Source of the DNA: Carcharhinus amblyrhynchos | Lineage: Eukaryota | Assembly: GCA_965287045.1 (NCBI GenBank) | Contig: OZ336873.1 | Location: 106,392,001 to 106,456,000 of the forward strand | Reading direction: 5' to 3' | DNA length: 64,000 bases | Shown: positions 49,963-62,057 of the stretch, one piece after another | Position numbering within the stretch: position 1 is the stretch's first letter | Layout of the letters: each line of letters begins with the position of its first letter | Notes under the pieces: generated by a model | Database searches by the model: none | Told to the model about the DNA's origin: nothing | The model's input: only the letters and a program-made list of their open reading frames with translations | Position numbers and translations under genes: made by a program

Positions 49963-52900
49963 AGTCATAGAATCATAGAGGTTTACAGCATGGAAACAGG
50001 CCCTTTGGCCCAACTTGTCCTTACTGCCCCTTTCTTTTAGCTGAGCTAGTCCCAATTGCCCGCATTTGGCCCATATCCCTCTATGCCCATCTTATCCATG
50101 TAACCGTCTAAGTGCTTTTTAAAAGACAAAATTGTACCCACCTCTACCACTATCTCTGGCAGCTTGTTCCAGACATTCACCACCCTCTGTGTGAAAATTA
50201 TGCCTCTCTGGACCCTTTTGTATCTCTTCTCTCTCACCTTAAACCTATGCCCTCTAGTTTTAGATTCCCCTATTTTTGGGAAAAGATATTGATTATCTAG
50301 CTGATCTATGCCCCTCATTATCTTATAGACCTCTATAAGATCACTCCTAAGCTTCCTACGCTCCAGAGAAAAAAGTCCCAGTCTATCCAGCCTCTCAGTA
50401 TAACTCAAACAATCAAGTCCTGGTAGCATCTGAGTAAATCTTTTCTGCAACTTTTCTAGTTTAATAATATCCTTTCTATAATAGGGTGACCAGAACAGTA
50501 TACAATATTCCAAGTGTGGCCTTACCAATGCCTTGTACAACTTCAACAAGATGTCCCAACTCCTGTATTCAATGTTCTGACCAATGTAACCAAACATGCT
50601 GAAAGCTTTTTTCACCACCCTGTCCACTTGTGACTCCACTTTCAAGGAGCTATAAACCTGTATGCCTAGATCTCTTTGTTCGATAACTCTCCCCAGTGCC
50701 CTACCATTAACTGAGTAAGTCCTGCCCTGGTTCAATCTAACAAAATGCATTACCTCACATTTATCTAAATTAAAATCCATTTGCCATTCATCAGCTCACT
50801 GGCCCAATTGATCAAGATCCTGTTGCAATCCATGATAATCTTCTTCACTGTCCATTATGCCACCAATCTTGGTGTCATCTGCAAACCTACCAAGTATGCC
50901 TATTAAATCCAAATCATTCATATAAATTACATTCAACATATTTTTCTCCATCCAAGCTTCTAACACTATGGCTGTCCCAGTCAATGTTAGGAAGGCTAAG
51001 ATTCCCTTACTATTACCCCCCTATTTTTTTTTACAGCTATATATAACCTCCATACATATTTGTTCCTCAATTTTTTGTTGACTATTTGGCAGCCTATAAT
51101 ACAACCCTATCAAAGTGATTTCTTCCTTATTTCTCAGTTCTACCCAAAGACTCAGTGGATGAACCCTCAGATATATCCCCTCTCAATACTGCCGTGATGT
51201 TTTCCTTAATAAAAAGGGGAACTCTCCCTCTTCTCTTACCTCCTGCTCTATCTTTTCTATAGCATCTGTACCTTGGAACATTGAGCTGCCAGTCCCGTCC
51301 TTCCCTTAGCCATGTTTCAGTAATTGCTATAATATCCCAGTCCCATGAACCCATCCATACTCTGAGTTCATCGGCCTTGCCTTATCTTCTCTCTGTTTTG
51401 CTTTTGCCTGATTTGTTTAGTACCAGAATTGCTGACACTGCCTTCACTATTTAATGTGCTCTCTTTAACTCTGGGCCTCAACTTTCTCTTCTGTCTCCCA
51501 ACTGCTATGGATCCCACCCTCCTGCCAAACTAATTGAAACCCTCCTGAGTGGCTCGAGTAAATCTCCCTGCCAGGATATTAGTTCCCCTCCATTCAAGTG
51601 TAACCTATCCCTTTTGAACAGTCGCCCCTTCCCCAGAAGAGATCTCAATCATCCAAAAATCTAAATGCCTACCCCTGCACTAGCTTTCAAGTCACACATT
51701 CATTTGCCTAACTTCCTATTCCTACTCTCATTAGCAAGTGGCACCAGCAGTAGTCCTGAAATTACTACCTTCGAGCTGTCCTGCACTTCAGCCTTCTGCC
51801 TAACTCTCTCTATTCACACTTCAGGACCTCATCCTTTTTCTGATCTATGTCGTTGGTACCAACATTTACAACAACTTCTGGCTGCTTACCCTCCCCCTTA
51901 AGAATGTCCTGCAACCATTCAGAGACGTCCTTGATCCTGGCTCCAGGTAAGAAACACATCATCCTGGAGTCTAGATCACAGCCACGGAAACACCTGACTG
52001 TGCCTCTGACTAGTGAGTCCCCTATTACTACTGCTGGCTTGCTCTTTGCTTGACCTTGTTTTACAGCAGAGCCAGGTGTGGTGCCACAGGCCTAGCTGCT
52101 GCTGGTATCTTCCCCTGGCAGACCATCACCCTCAATATTATTCAAAACAGTATTCCTGTTTGAGAGGGAAATAGCTACAGGGAACTCCTAAACTACCTGC
52201 CTGCCTCTCCTGGCAGTCACCAATCTACCTGACTGAACCTATGGTGTGACAATCTCCCTATAACTAGTGTTTATCACACTCTCTGCCCACTTATGCTCCT
52301 CCGTGCATCCAGCTGCTGCTCTAACAAAACAATGTGGTGTGTGGATAGCTGCAGCTGGACGCACTTCCTGCAGACAAAGTTGCTGGGGAGACTAGATTGC
52401 TCACTTATTTCCCACATCTGGCAGGAGGAGCATACCACTGCCCAAGCTGCCATACTACCCTTATACAGATAAAAGGATGAAAGAATCTCAACTCACCTTT
52501 CCCTTGCTTGTGGTCCTCCCAGTGACTTTTTTTTTGGTTAAAGGAGGAGGTAGGGAGGGAAACACTGAAGTAGTGTTTGGGGTTTAACTGTCCCTTTTTT
52601 AAAACTTTATTCCAATTCAATCCAATCAAATTCAGAATCCCAACAAGTTGAGACATTCCCAATCCAAGCTGACAAGACAGGGCTCTCACATCCTGTCTTG
52701 GGCTTGATCTACATGACCCAAGTTGATTGGACTAGGTGTAGCTCCTCCTCCAAGGCTTGATCTCATTTGCATCTTAGCCAAAAGGCCCACATGCCACTTT
52801 AAAAAATAGCTCCAAATGAAGCTGAAATGTAACCTAGTGACTTCAACCAAGCATAGCATGTTGGTACTACACTTGATCTTAGCCAAAAGGCCAGTTTAAC

Positions 52901-53070
52901 TGTCCCTTTACAACAGCTCCCCCATAAATCACCTTCTCACCTAGATGTTTGCCTTCACTCGACGATGGAGGGTGTCTTCCGGAGGTTCACCTTCTGGTAG
53001 CAGTGACTGCAGCTATGCAAATCTTGCCTCCTACAGCCAATCAGCAACACCGCTCTGCTGCCTTCACTTA
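49963..53070 (-). mobile_element. Near full-span CR1 LINE with internal deletions
   Basis: Tail gtcatagaatcatagag; RT C-terminus (ORF 50046-50780, FADDTK near 50870); endonuclease WDIIAITETWL (51127-51354); ORF1 remnants including CRKCVQLQL near 52350-52375; probable 5' UTR to ~53070. Confidence 0.9.
52598..52893 (-). mobile_element. U2 snRNA-headed, poly(A)-tailed short retroposon (SINEU-like or Keno/Utopia-related)
   Basis: 5' end GGCCTTTTGGCTAAGATCAAGTGTAGTA equals vertebrate U2 nt 11-38; 3' end AATAAAGTTTTAAA; 16-bp TSD gtttaactgtcccttt (52582-52597, 52894-52909). Confidence 0.85.
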
Positions 53071-54211
53071 ACATGCTCACCTCTACTTAACATAGAAATT
53101 AATCATTGTAATATTGACAACCTTATGCTTAACAATATTCATATGCCATTCCTCTGCTATTTCATGAAAGGTATAATACTAAAATAGTAGTCAGCATGCT
53201 GTGCCAATATGTATGCAATGTTCTGATGTTAGCAGCTGTTTCTGAGCATATATCTGGTAACTTGGTATTAATGGGAATTGATTTATGTCCAATTCTTGCT
53301 TATTAGTGATGGCTTAGGAAAGGTTAACAGGTTTGGATTCAATATTATGAACATCTGAATTGTGAGGCTTTGAACTGAACCCCAAGCTCCTCTCCCCAAA
53401 GAATGAATTTCCATGAGTTTTCCACCTTTGCTAAGGCTCCTACAGCATTTATAAAGTTTGATCAAGGTTTGCACATGCACTTATATGTGCTGCATGTATA
53501 TGGTAGTATTTGACCATGGATAAGTTGTCTGAAAAACAGTTTATTTCCAAATCTTTGCAATAATGCGTATGTACACATGTTAATGGTAAACCACTGAAAA
53601 AAAATTATCCTGAAAGCTATTTTGAATTAAAATGTATTTGTTCTATATTAATTCTACAAATATTAGCCAATAATATCTAGTTAGATTTAGAAGTATTTTC
53701 TGTTTGATGCACATTGCAGCACCAAATTAAGCTTCACCACATACACAGTATAGCTCATCTGCTCAAAAGTTTGAAGGAAAATGAAGTGAGAAGTCTGTTT
53801 GGCACAGTACAAACTTGCATTTAAATTTTTGACATGTTAAAAAGGTGAGAGCCAGTAACCTATATAGAAAGGAAATATCCCCCCATAATAATGTGAAAAA
53901 CAGTCTTCACTTGAACATATAACCTCACTTCCATTTGCCTGTATGAGAAGAAAATCTTGTGTCTTCGCCAAGAATAAATATTTTAAAATGACATATTGCA
54001 CATTAGATGTAAGGCTTTTTAAAGATACATAACACACTTCTAAGTAGTCATCTCAAACAGACCAATTAAAACTGCTAACGTCAGGTGACATTTGATCCAA
54101 TATCATTGATCTCTAATTGATCTGTGTCTCAACTTTGTGGCCATTAAGTGACAAAACCTTGCTCCAAATCAGATAAAACATTATTCGTTATATGCTTAAG
54201 TGAAATAAGCA

Positions 54212-54510
54212 TATAAGACCATAAAACCATAAGACGTAGGAGCAGAATTAGGCCACTTGGTCCATCGAGTCTGCTCCGCCATTCAATTATGACTGATATT
54301 TTACTCATCCCCATTCTTCTGCCTTTTCCCCATAGTCCCGATTCCCTTATTAATCAAGAACTTATCTATCTCTGTCTCAAAGAGACTCAATGACCTGGCC
54401 TTCATTGCCTTCTGCGACAAAGAGTTCCACAGATTCACCACTCTCTAGCCAAAGAAATTCCTCATCTCTGTTTTAAAGGACTGTCCCTTTAGCTTGAGGT
54501 TGTACCTTTA
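54212..54510 (-). mobile_element. CR1 LINE 3' end
   Basis: (cataagac)n tail, ggagcagaattaggccac stem-loop region, and end of ORF2. Confidence 0.85.
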
Positions 54511-55159
54511 TAGTTTAGTTTAACATGAATAGAGGCAGGGAGGTTGGCATTGATGGAAACTCATGGTAGCATGCACCTTTATCAATCGTATCACACTTAC
54601 ACCCAATTGCCGCAAATATCCTATTCATAAAACAAATCACAAGTAAACATGTCAGCAATTTACTAATCTAAATCAAGTACATAAACATCAGATGAAAAAC
54701 CAGAAAGAATAAAAGAGAGCAACCAATGAATAAATGATCAGCCAGCCAAAACTGGCACTAATAAAAGGGAAACTGATGTAATTCCAAATATTTTTTGAAA
54801 ATTATTTCTGCTATCTCAGATTCTCTCTAAAACTTCACACTGGGAGTAAGATTTGTAACAAGTGGGCTTAGAAAATTAAACTGAACTAAATAATGTGTTC
54901 AAAATGTATCAAGAATCATTCAGCCCCTTTGTCCCTGTGAGAAGCACAGGGCTTTAATTCATGTGACTTCATAAACAGATTGCTAGCAGAATAAATTACC
55001 AATATACTTCTATATCTTTCCCTCCGCTGGTGCTGTCTGAACTGCTGAGTATTTCCAGTACTTTTTTTTTGTTTTATTTCAGACTTCCAATGTCCACAGC
55101 ACCCATCTCTATGATTCTAACTATTCTTACAATATCCAACGGGCAAAATCGCATCAATA

Positions 55160-55366
55160 AATGGAGTGTTCCCCATCGACAGTACCAGAATGTTCTCAGC
55201 CGAATCTTATGCCTCATTAGTGATCATTTTTATGCCCACCAAGTTTCACACCACTCCAGCAGCGTGTCCCCTCCATTTGTGCTGCTCAGTTAATGCAGCT
55301 GCAATATCTTCCCAAACCCGCACCCCCCCGGAACTAAAATCGCATGGGCAGTGAAAAATCATAGAC
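55160..55366. mobile_element. Decayed Harbinger-type MITE
   Basis: Short GC-richer insert ending GGGCAGTGAAAAATCATAGAC. Confidence 0.4.
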
Positions 55367-55671
55367 AGTTGCCTAAAATATACTTCAGCTGAACATTAAG
55401 GGAAGTTGGGTTGGCTTCTGAATTCATGCCCTCTCGTATTCCATATTATTGCAGTCGGAGATGTTGATGGTGGATATCGGTCCCAATGTCACAATACCCA
55501 ATTACACAGAGAGATGAGGAGGTCGCGTGCAGTCATTTAAGTAGCAAGCTAGGTTATCTACAAAGTGATATGAAATGTGTTCTGCTTTTTCAAAAAATTG
55601 GTTTCTACCATGTAAACAATTGATCTTCAGCACCCAAAATGTTTACTCACTTGCATTGTATTATGTGAAGG

Positions 55672-55998
55672 TACTTTGCCACAGTGGATAGTGTCCCCTG
55701 CCTCTGAGCCTGAACCTCTGGGTTGAAGTCCCACTCCAGGACTTGATGGCCAAAGAAGATGTATTCATAATTCAGTCAAACAGGTTGAGTGTCAACATGT
55801 AAATCCTCCCAACATGCCAATGGCTGGCACTAAGAGCGGGAGAGTCTCCTTATCAGCCATGCTTGATGTGGAGTGGTACCCCTCAAGCTATAAGCCTCTG
55901 GCAACAAACTAGCAACCTGTTCCAGGAATTACTAGCTTTGGAAATAGATGAAAGTCAGCCTTAGTGCACCACTAGCTGCAGGAAGAGAATTGGAATTG
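55672..55998 (+). mobile_element. tRNA-derived SINE (further family)
   Basis: Head gccacagtggatagtgtcccctgcctctgagcc...gggttgaagtccc (A/B-box-like); ends gaattggaattg. Confidence 0.6.
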
Positions 55999-56549
55999 TG
56001 TTGTCCAGCACCTTCATTTTTTTCAGGCAGATTTTCAGCATTTATTTTAGCTTCTTTAATGTTTATTCATATTTTTGATTCTGTGCAAGCTGCAGGAGCT
56101 AACATAGATTGAATTGCTGAGAGCACCTTACCCAAGTTTTAATATTGTAATTGTTAACCGTTTTCAGAAATAAGAAGATCCATTTGAATTTCAACTTAAC
56201 AATGAAACAAAATGCTTCAAAGAACTTCCGTCACGACTCTCATGGAACAGAATGATTGGGAACCCCATTGGGAAACTCACTGGCTGCTCAGGAAGGGCAA
56301 CTGTGATCAATTTACTTGGATCACAGTATTTCTTAATCGGAAAACTCGAATGTGCATGTCTGTTAAATGGCTGAGATTTAATTGTATGTCTTTCTCACAT
56401 ACAGTGTATAATCTTAGTGGTTTTTGGACATTTACAGTGCTTTTTTACATAACGGTATGTCCATTACTTCACTGGTTTAGATCAAATGCAGATGAATGTT
56501 CCTTTCAACCAAGAGACTCAAATTTGCCATATTGTAGCAAAGAAAATAG

Positions 56550-57460
56550 TGAGTGAGCAATCAAAGCAAATGTGTCAAAGTAAAATGCTGCTAGATTATT
56601 AATTTTATTGCGTCAACTGTCGGACAAATCAAAAATAAAGGTAAAAATGTCATTTCCCTTTCATTTAGCCGAGTAAAGACATTTGTTTCAGTTTTTGTTC
56701 AAAATATTTTAATTGACATTCTTTCTATCTTTAAGCCTTTCAGACATTTTGAGAAATTATACAGTGTTGGAAATGTTGTCAGTTATTGGCTAAGCCTTTA
56801 CCAAGACTATATCGCAGTGCACAGATGGTTCCTTGTGACAACGCATTCATGACCTATTTACATTCAGCACCTGTTGTAAATGCACTTTGAACCTTCTTTT
56901 ATCAGAATGACAGCTGTTTCCGGGTCGTAGAGATGCTGACCATTTCATTTTCAGACATTGATGTAGGATTTGGACACCATTAGGCAGTGGGAGAATTGGA
57001 CTCCCTCACTTCTGACAGCTTTGGCTGTTATAGTCATGAGAGAAATCTTTTTGACACTTATTTCTTTAAATGCCAAGTCATCATCATATGGAAATACCAA
57101 GCGATACAAAGCTTGAAAGTGTAGCAGGTTGTTTGGCAATCGATCTTAAGAAGTTTTTGAAGTGATGTCAAAAACCTAGCGAAATTGTTGCACACTAATA
57201 TTAGTTCAGAAGGTGAGCGCTGGAAAACTGACAATGTATGTTTCACGTTCCATAAAATGTTGGAAGATGCAGTAATGAGTTGATTATTTATCCCCAGGAA
57301 ACAAAATAAATTGTCACAAAAAGAAACTTGGACTAATAAAATAAATAAATGTAATAGAAATCCAGGAATGGTGGCTTTGTGACAATATCGAAACTTTGCA
57401 CAGCAGCTATCAGAATGCTGCTGGTTGTGCTTAATGTACAGGAATTTTTCCAAATCTCAT
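56550..57460. promoter_or_regulatory. Candidate long conserved non-coding element
   Basis: About 900 bp without a recognisable repeat, roughly a dozen CpGs, and many TGACA/TGTCA motifs. Confidence 0.4.
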
Positions 57461-57799
57461 CTGGGAAACAGAAAATAAGCTAAACACTAACCCATGATGA
57501 GGGAGAAAGAAAGATGAGAGTTGTGTTACTCAGAACAACATTGGTGTACCTCTCACCTGTCGATTTCATATCGGTACGCTTATTTTCTAATATCCAATTA
57601 CTTTCTCCAGGCTGCTTTAATGTTGCATGGGGATAAAGGATTGGGAAAATAACTGTAATAAGATAGGTATAGTATAATAAAGTGATTAAGAATGGACTGT
57701 GTTCTGACCAAATGCTGCAACATGTTGACACAATACAATGATAATTGAGTGACTTAACGATGAAAACTGATGATATCTTTGAGGAGAAAATTTTGCATG

Positions 57800-57998
57800 T
57801 TCATAGAAGCATAGAATCCATACAGTGCAGAAGTGGTCATTCAGCCCATCGGATCTACACCGACTCTCTGGCACAGCATCTTACCTATGCCCTCCCATCT
57901 GCCCTATCCCCTTATCTCCACACATTTCCCATGGCTAATTCACCAAACCTATACATCTTGGGACACTAAGGGGCAATTTAGCATGGCCAATCCTTGGA
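57800..57998 (-). mobile_element. HE1-type SINE 3' portion
   Basis: catagaatccatacagtgcagaagtggtcattcagcccatc ... ggggcaatttagcatggccaatcc. Confidence 0.8.
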
Positions 57999-58739
57999 CA
58001 GTTGATATTTACCTGTGTAATGGAGGGCAAATTCAAATGATTTCATGGCTTTATGTATGTTCTCCATCAAGGAAGCGTAGATTTATCACCAAACTATCAC
58101 ATTCTAGTGGAGGAAACCTAAAGCTTGATGCATGGCTCTGTGTTCCTTGAGAGCCAGGGACAGCATGTGTGGCCCCATTCTTTAAAACTTCAGTTGGAGT
58201 TAGTGATCCCGTTTAGTCTTAAAGGTTCACCCTCGTCAGGTTATCAAAAAATGGCCTTTGAGATTAAAGTTACAGTATTAGACTGTGTGAGCAAGTATAT
58301 AAGCAAAACGTGGGGAGAAAAATCAAATTCACATTACCAACTAATGGTAGTTCCACTGATGAGCAAAGAATTGAGAATACCTATGAGTGCTTTCAGATTA
58401 GCTTTGTTAAATATATAAAGGAATTTATCTTCTTAATCGGAATACATAATGGAGAAGATACCACAAAAAATGCTTCGCTTCTTGCACTTATTCCGATAGA
58501 CAACAGATTTTCATGCAAGGCTGCAGAATTGTGTTAGCTGCCTACAATTCATCAAGAGGACTGTTTTCAGTGTGATAGTGCTTTTAGTAGTGCAATTACA
58601 TCAAAATCATCAATTTAAAAAGCAAAATTAAAAAGTTAGGGAAAAATAAATATTCTACAGTTGTATCTTCAATTTTGGCACGGTTCCCACATAACTGAGA
58701 CTTCTTGTGAATACATCTTTCATGAATGGAAAAAACAGT

Positions 58740-60290
58740 GGGATCTTAACCCTGTGTTCACCATCCGTGCTGGAGTGATGACACGGACTCTAATATGAAG
58801 TGATCAGTAAAGCATGATTCTCACCACCGTGATGGTGTTTTCCAATTTTCAGCTAACCTCACTGTCGGTATGTAATGTGGAAAATGCTGGGAGAGGGTGG
58901 GAATCTAATTTGAATGCATTAGCTTTCATTAGTGAGTACTCACTCTGGATATTGAGCCCGACACCGACTGTTCAGCCGGCGCCAGTGTGACATCACATCG
59001 GTGTCATTTACAACAGCTCTACATAAGCATGAACCTGGCGTTGTCACTTCTGAGGGAGATACCAGAAGTGAGCATTCAGACAGCCATTACTTCTTGGGCA
59101 GTCCACCACCCAAGGAGCATCAGGGAGAATGCAGCGGACATGCACAAGTTCTGCTCAGGGCCAGGAGTGAGTGTCACTGCCACCATCATGGGAGGGTGGG
59201 TGGTTTGGATGGGGGGGCGGGGAGAGGAGGTGGGGGCAGGAGGAATGTATGTGGGTCACTCAGAGGCCTCATCTTCCCTTCATATTGGGTTGTCCATTGT
59301 TCTGAGAAGATCGGGTCCAAGAAGTCTCCCTCAGAGCTGCTCAAGTCCAGTGGGTCCAGGGGCCATGTGACTGGCCTGGCCTATTCAGCTGCTTTGCCTA
59401 CAAGAGAAGGGAGATGACATTAGTGCATTACAGGTGACAAAGCAGAGAACATTGATTACTTACTTGAGGCTTGAGGAATGATGGCATGTCTTGAGGATTC
59501 TCACGGTTGCTTGCCCACTTCACTATCAGCACAAGCGTGCTCTTCCTCCTTCCCAGCCAGCTCAAGAGCTCTCTTCTCAAATGGCGTGAGGGTTCTGAAC
59601 TCCAGCACACTCAAGCTAGTTGTGGTTGAGATTATACTGCAATGTCACAGATAGGAACAGTGTAGGCAGCAGTGTTGACATTTAACATGGTAATGAGGTG
59701 TGGCAGATGCGGGTCTTGAGTGGGAGCTGGATTGTGAGGAACATGGCAGCATGTCAGGGGGAACGTGACTGAGGGAGGGGAAAGGAGGGCCTCATTACAG
59801 TTATTGGCAAAGGCAAAGGTGCCCAGGTGAGAGATGAAGGTGGAGGTGGAAGGGATATGCGAGGGGGCCCCGAAAATGACCGCATGATGCTCACTTACTC
59901 TGGCTAGGCACAGAAGATCATCCCTTTTCTTGTAGCACTGCTGCCTCTTCCTCTTCTGCAGCTTGCACTCATCAGGGCTGCCACTGAATCCCAGACATGT
60001 GTGGTGACTGTGGTGGGAGGCCTTCTCCTAGAGTGGGGTTAGAGTGCATCCCACTTCTGCGGCACTCCATCAAGAAGAGCTCCCTCTGCGAAATGCAGCA
60101 TAGGCTTCTTGGCTGCCATCCCTGTAGCAGCTGTGGAACAAGTGCTGGAAAGCAATTTATATGGAGCTCCCCAGGGGTTAGCATGATTAGGAGGAGCCGT
60201 TGTGTATGAATCAGAGGGAGGCCACCATAGGCTCCAAGATATTTTGATGGCCATAACAACTTTTGTCAATGAGGATCAAAATCTGGTCAG
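58740..60290. mobile_element. Deleted Harbinger transposon retaining the Myb/SANT gene relic
   Basis: TIR-like start GGGATCTTA and end AAAATCTGGTC; contains the Myb/SANT exon below. Confidence 0.65.
59899..60119 (-). pseudogene. Harbinger Myb/SANT-like (ORF2) exon 1 relic
   Basis: MAAKKPMLHFAEGALLDGV...WDSVAALMSA...KRKRQQCYKKRDDLLCLAR (across a stop and frameshifts) followed by a GTAAGT donor at 59898-59893. Confidence 0.75.
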
Positions 60291-61204
60291 AAATTACACT
60301 AAAGTTGTCAGCATAATTCACTACATTTTTTTCACCAGAACCGATATTTTGTCAAATTCTGGTACGATCACTCCTAATATTTTGTAATTAATACAAAACA
60401 ACAAAGGATAGTTGCATGGAATCTGTAAGTGCATTTGGGTTTGTACGTGTAACTATGCGCCGGTCTCGCCATTCATTCATCAAGATTACATATTTGTGAC
60501 TTGGAGAAAAGGAATGCTCTATGTTTCAAAAGAATGAATGGTGCTGTGCATTTCTTGTTTGGATACTACAGGAAGAAATATCACCCAGGTTAGTAATTAA
60601 TCTTCTGTAGAAAGTCTTCCCCTTTTTTGCAACTTGGTACTTTCTTTCTCCCCATCAGTAATCTGGGACCTCTCAGAGTTGTAACTCCCAATTGTTGTAA
60701 CATAGGTTCTTTCTACTATTATCAAGGCATCTCATTGATGAGATTTTGAGACTTCTGTGTTTAAACCTGATTCCGATATTTGTAATCTTCAACGACTTAG
60801 AGTTCCAAGGTTTGGCCATGCTTGGTGCTGCCCCACCATGCAGGCAGGCTGCTTATTTGCAGTGTTCCGTTTCTGGACTGTTCTTTGAGAGTTTATTACC
60901 ATGTGATTGCATACACTGTGGGTGATGCTATTCTTCAGCCCCACATTAACCCGCGCTCTGCCAAGGACTTTTGAACTATAATGCATGCAGGCACAAATCA
61001 TCATATGATAATCAATTGAATTCGGGGCAGATTTGTGCCAGGACCTTACTGCAATTAAAAAATTCACTGAAATAACTAAAACCAAGTATATTGGGCCAGT
61101 TGGACACTTCTATGACTGGAGAAACTCCCATCCTGTAAGTCAGCAATCTTATTGCTTGGCATTAACACTATTAGCAATTCTTCCTCATGAATTTTCATGA
61201 GTTT

Positions 61205-61535
61205 TATTTTATTCTTTCATGGGATATCTGTGTCTCTCTTGAGCTGATATTGAATTGCCCTTGAATGGAGTGGCTTGCAGAGTTACAAGTCAACCACATT
61301 GCTGTGGGTTTAGAGTCAAAGTAGGCCATACATTCTGGATAACTTAAGTGAATGAGATGTTTTTTTAAGGGCAATTAACAATGGTTTCATGGTTACTGAT
61401 GGCATCCTAGACTTACTTACTAAATTTATATTTCACCAACTGCCTTCATGGGATTTGAACCTATGACTGTAGTGCATTTGTCTGGGCCTCTGGATGAATG
61501 GTCTAGTGACATCACCATTATGCCATAACTTTCCT
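61205..61535 (-). mobile_element. tRNA-derived SINE, same family as 22405
   Basis: agtcaaccacattgctgtggg...aatggtttcatggt...gggatttgaacc...ggtctagtgacatcaccattatgcca. Confidence 0.75.
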
Positions 61536-62057
61536 GGTTTCCCGTTTAAAGCTAAACTGCATTTAAGATTTTCATACATTTGCGTTGCTGCTTGTTTGCT
61601 GTATTTTGTTTACAGATGATGAATCAATACTGCATTTTTTGGAGGTTCCATGTACTGAAATTCAACATTCATTGTGATCAGCACCAGAAAAACTGCTCCA
61701 ATAAATAAACCTGGGTTATAAACACGCAAAGCTATCTTTTGTTCCGACAAAAAGTATGTCCCTTAGTCCAGATACTCAATGGAGGCCTCGAGATCAAGGT
61801 TGTAATTTTTCCCACAATAGCTGTGGTGTACTGCAGCCTCTTACCTTCTGGACTAAATGTATTTGTTGTGTGGCCTTGTGCATCAACAGAGAAGATGTGC
61901 TTCTGTGTAATTCTCTAAGGCTGAATTTGAAATTGTGCGCTACTGAGTGGCTGAAACAAGTTTATTATTCAGCACCAGATGCCCTTTCATTCAAAGTTTA
62001 AATGTAAACAGTGAATGTGAACAGCATAATGAAAGAATGCTTAAAAATAAAAAAAAA

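Noticed and set aside
52865-52892. Functional U2 snRNA gene
   Set aside because: Only nt 11-38 are present, with no Sm site or 3' stem-loops, and it lies inside a TSD-flanked insert.
57058-57453. 131-aa minus-strand ORF
   Set aside because: No ATG start in the sequence, no domain similarity and no convincing splice signals; better explained as non-coding.
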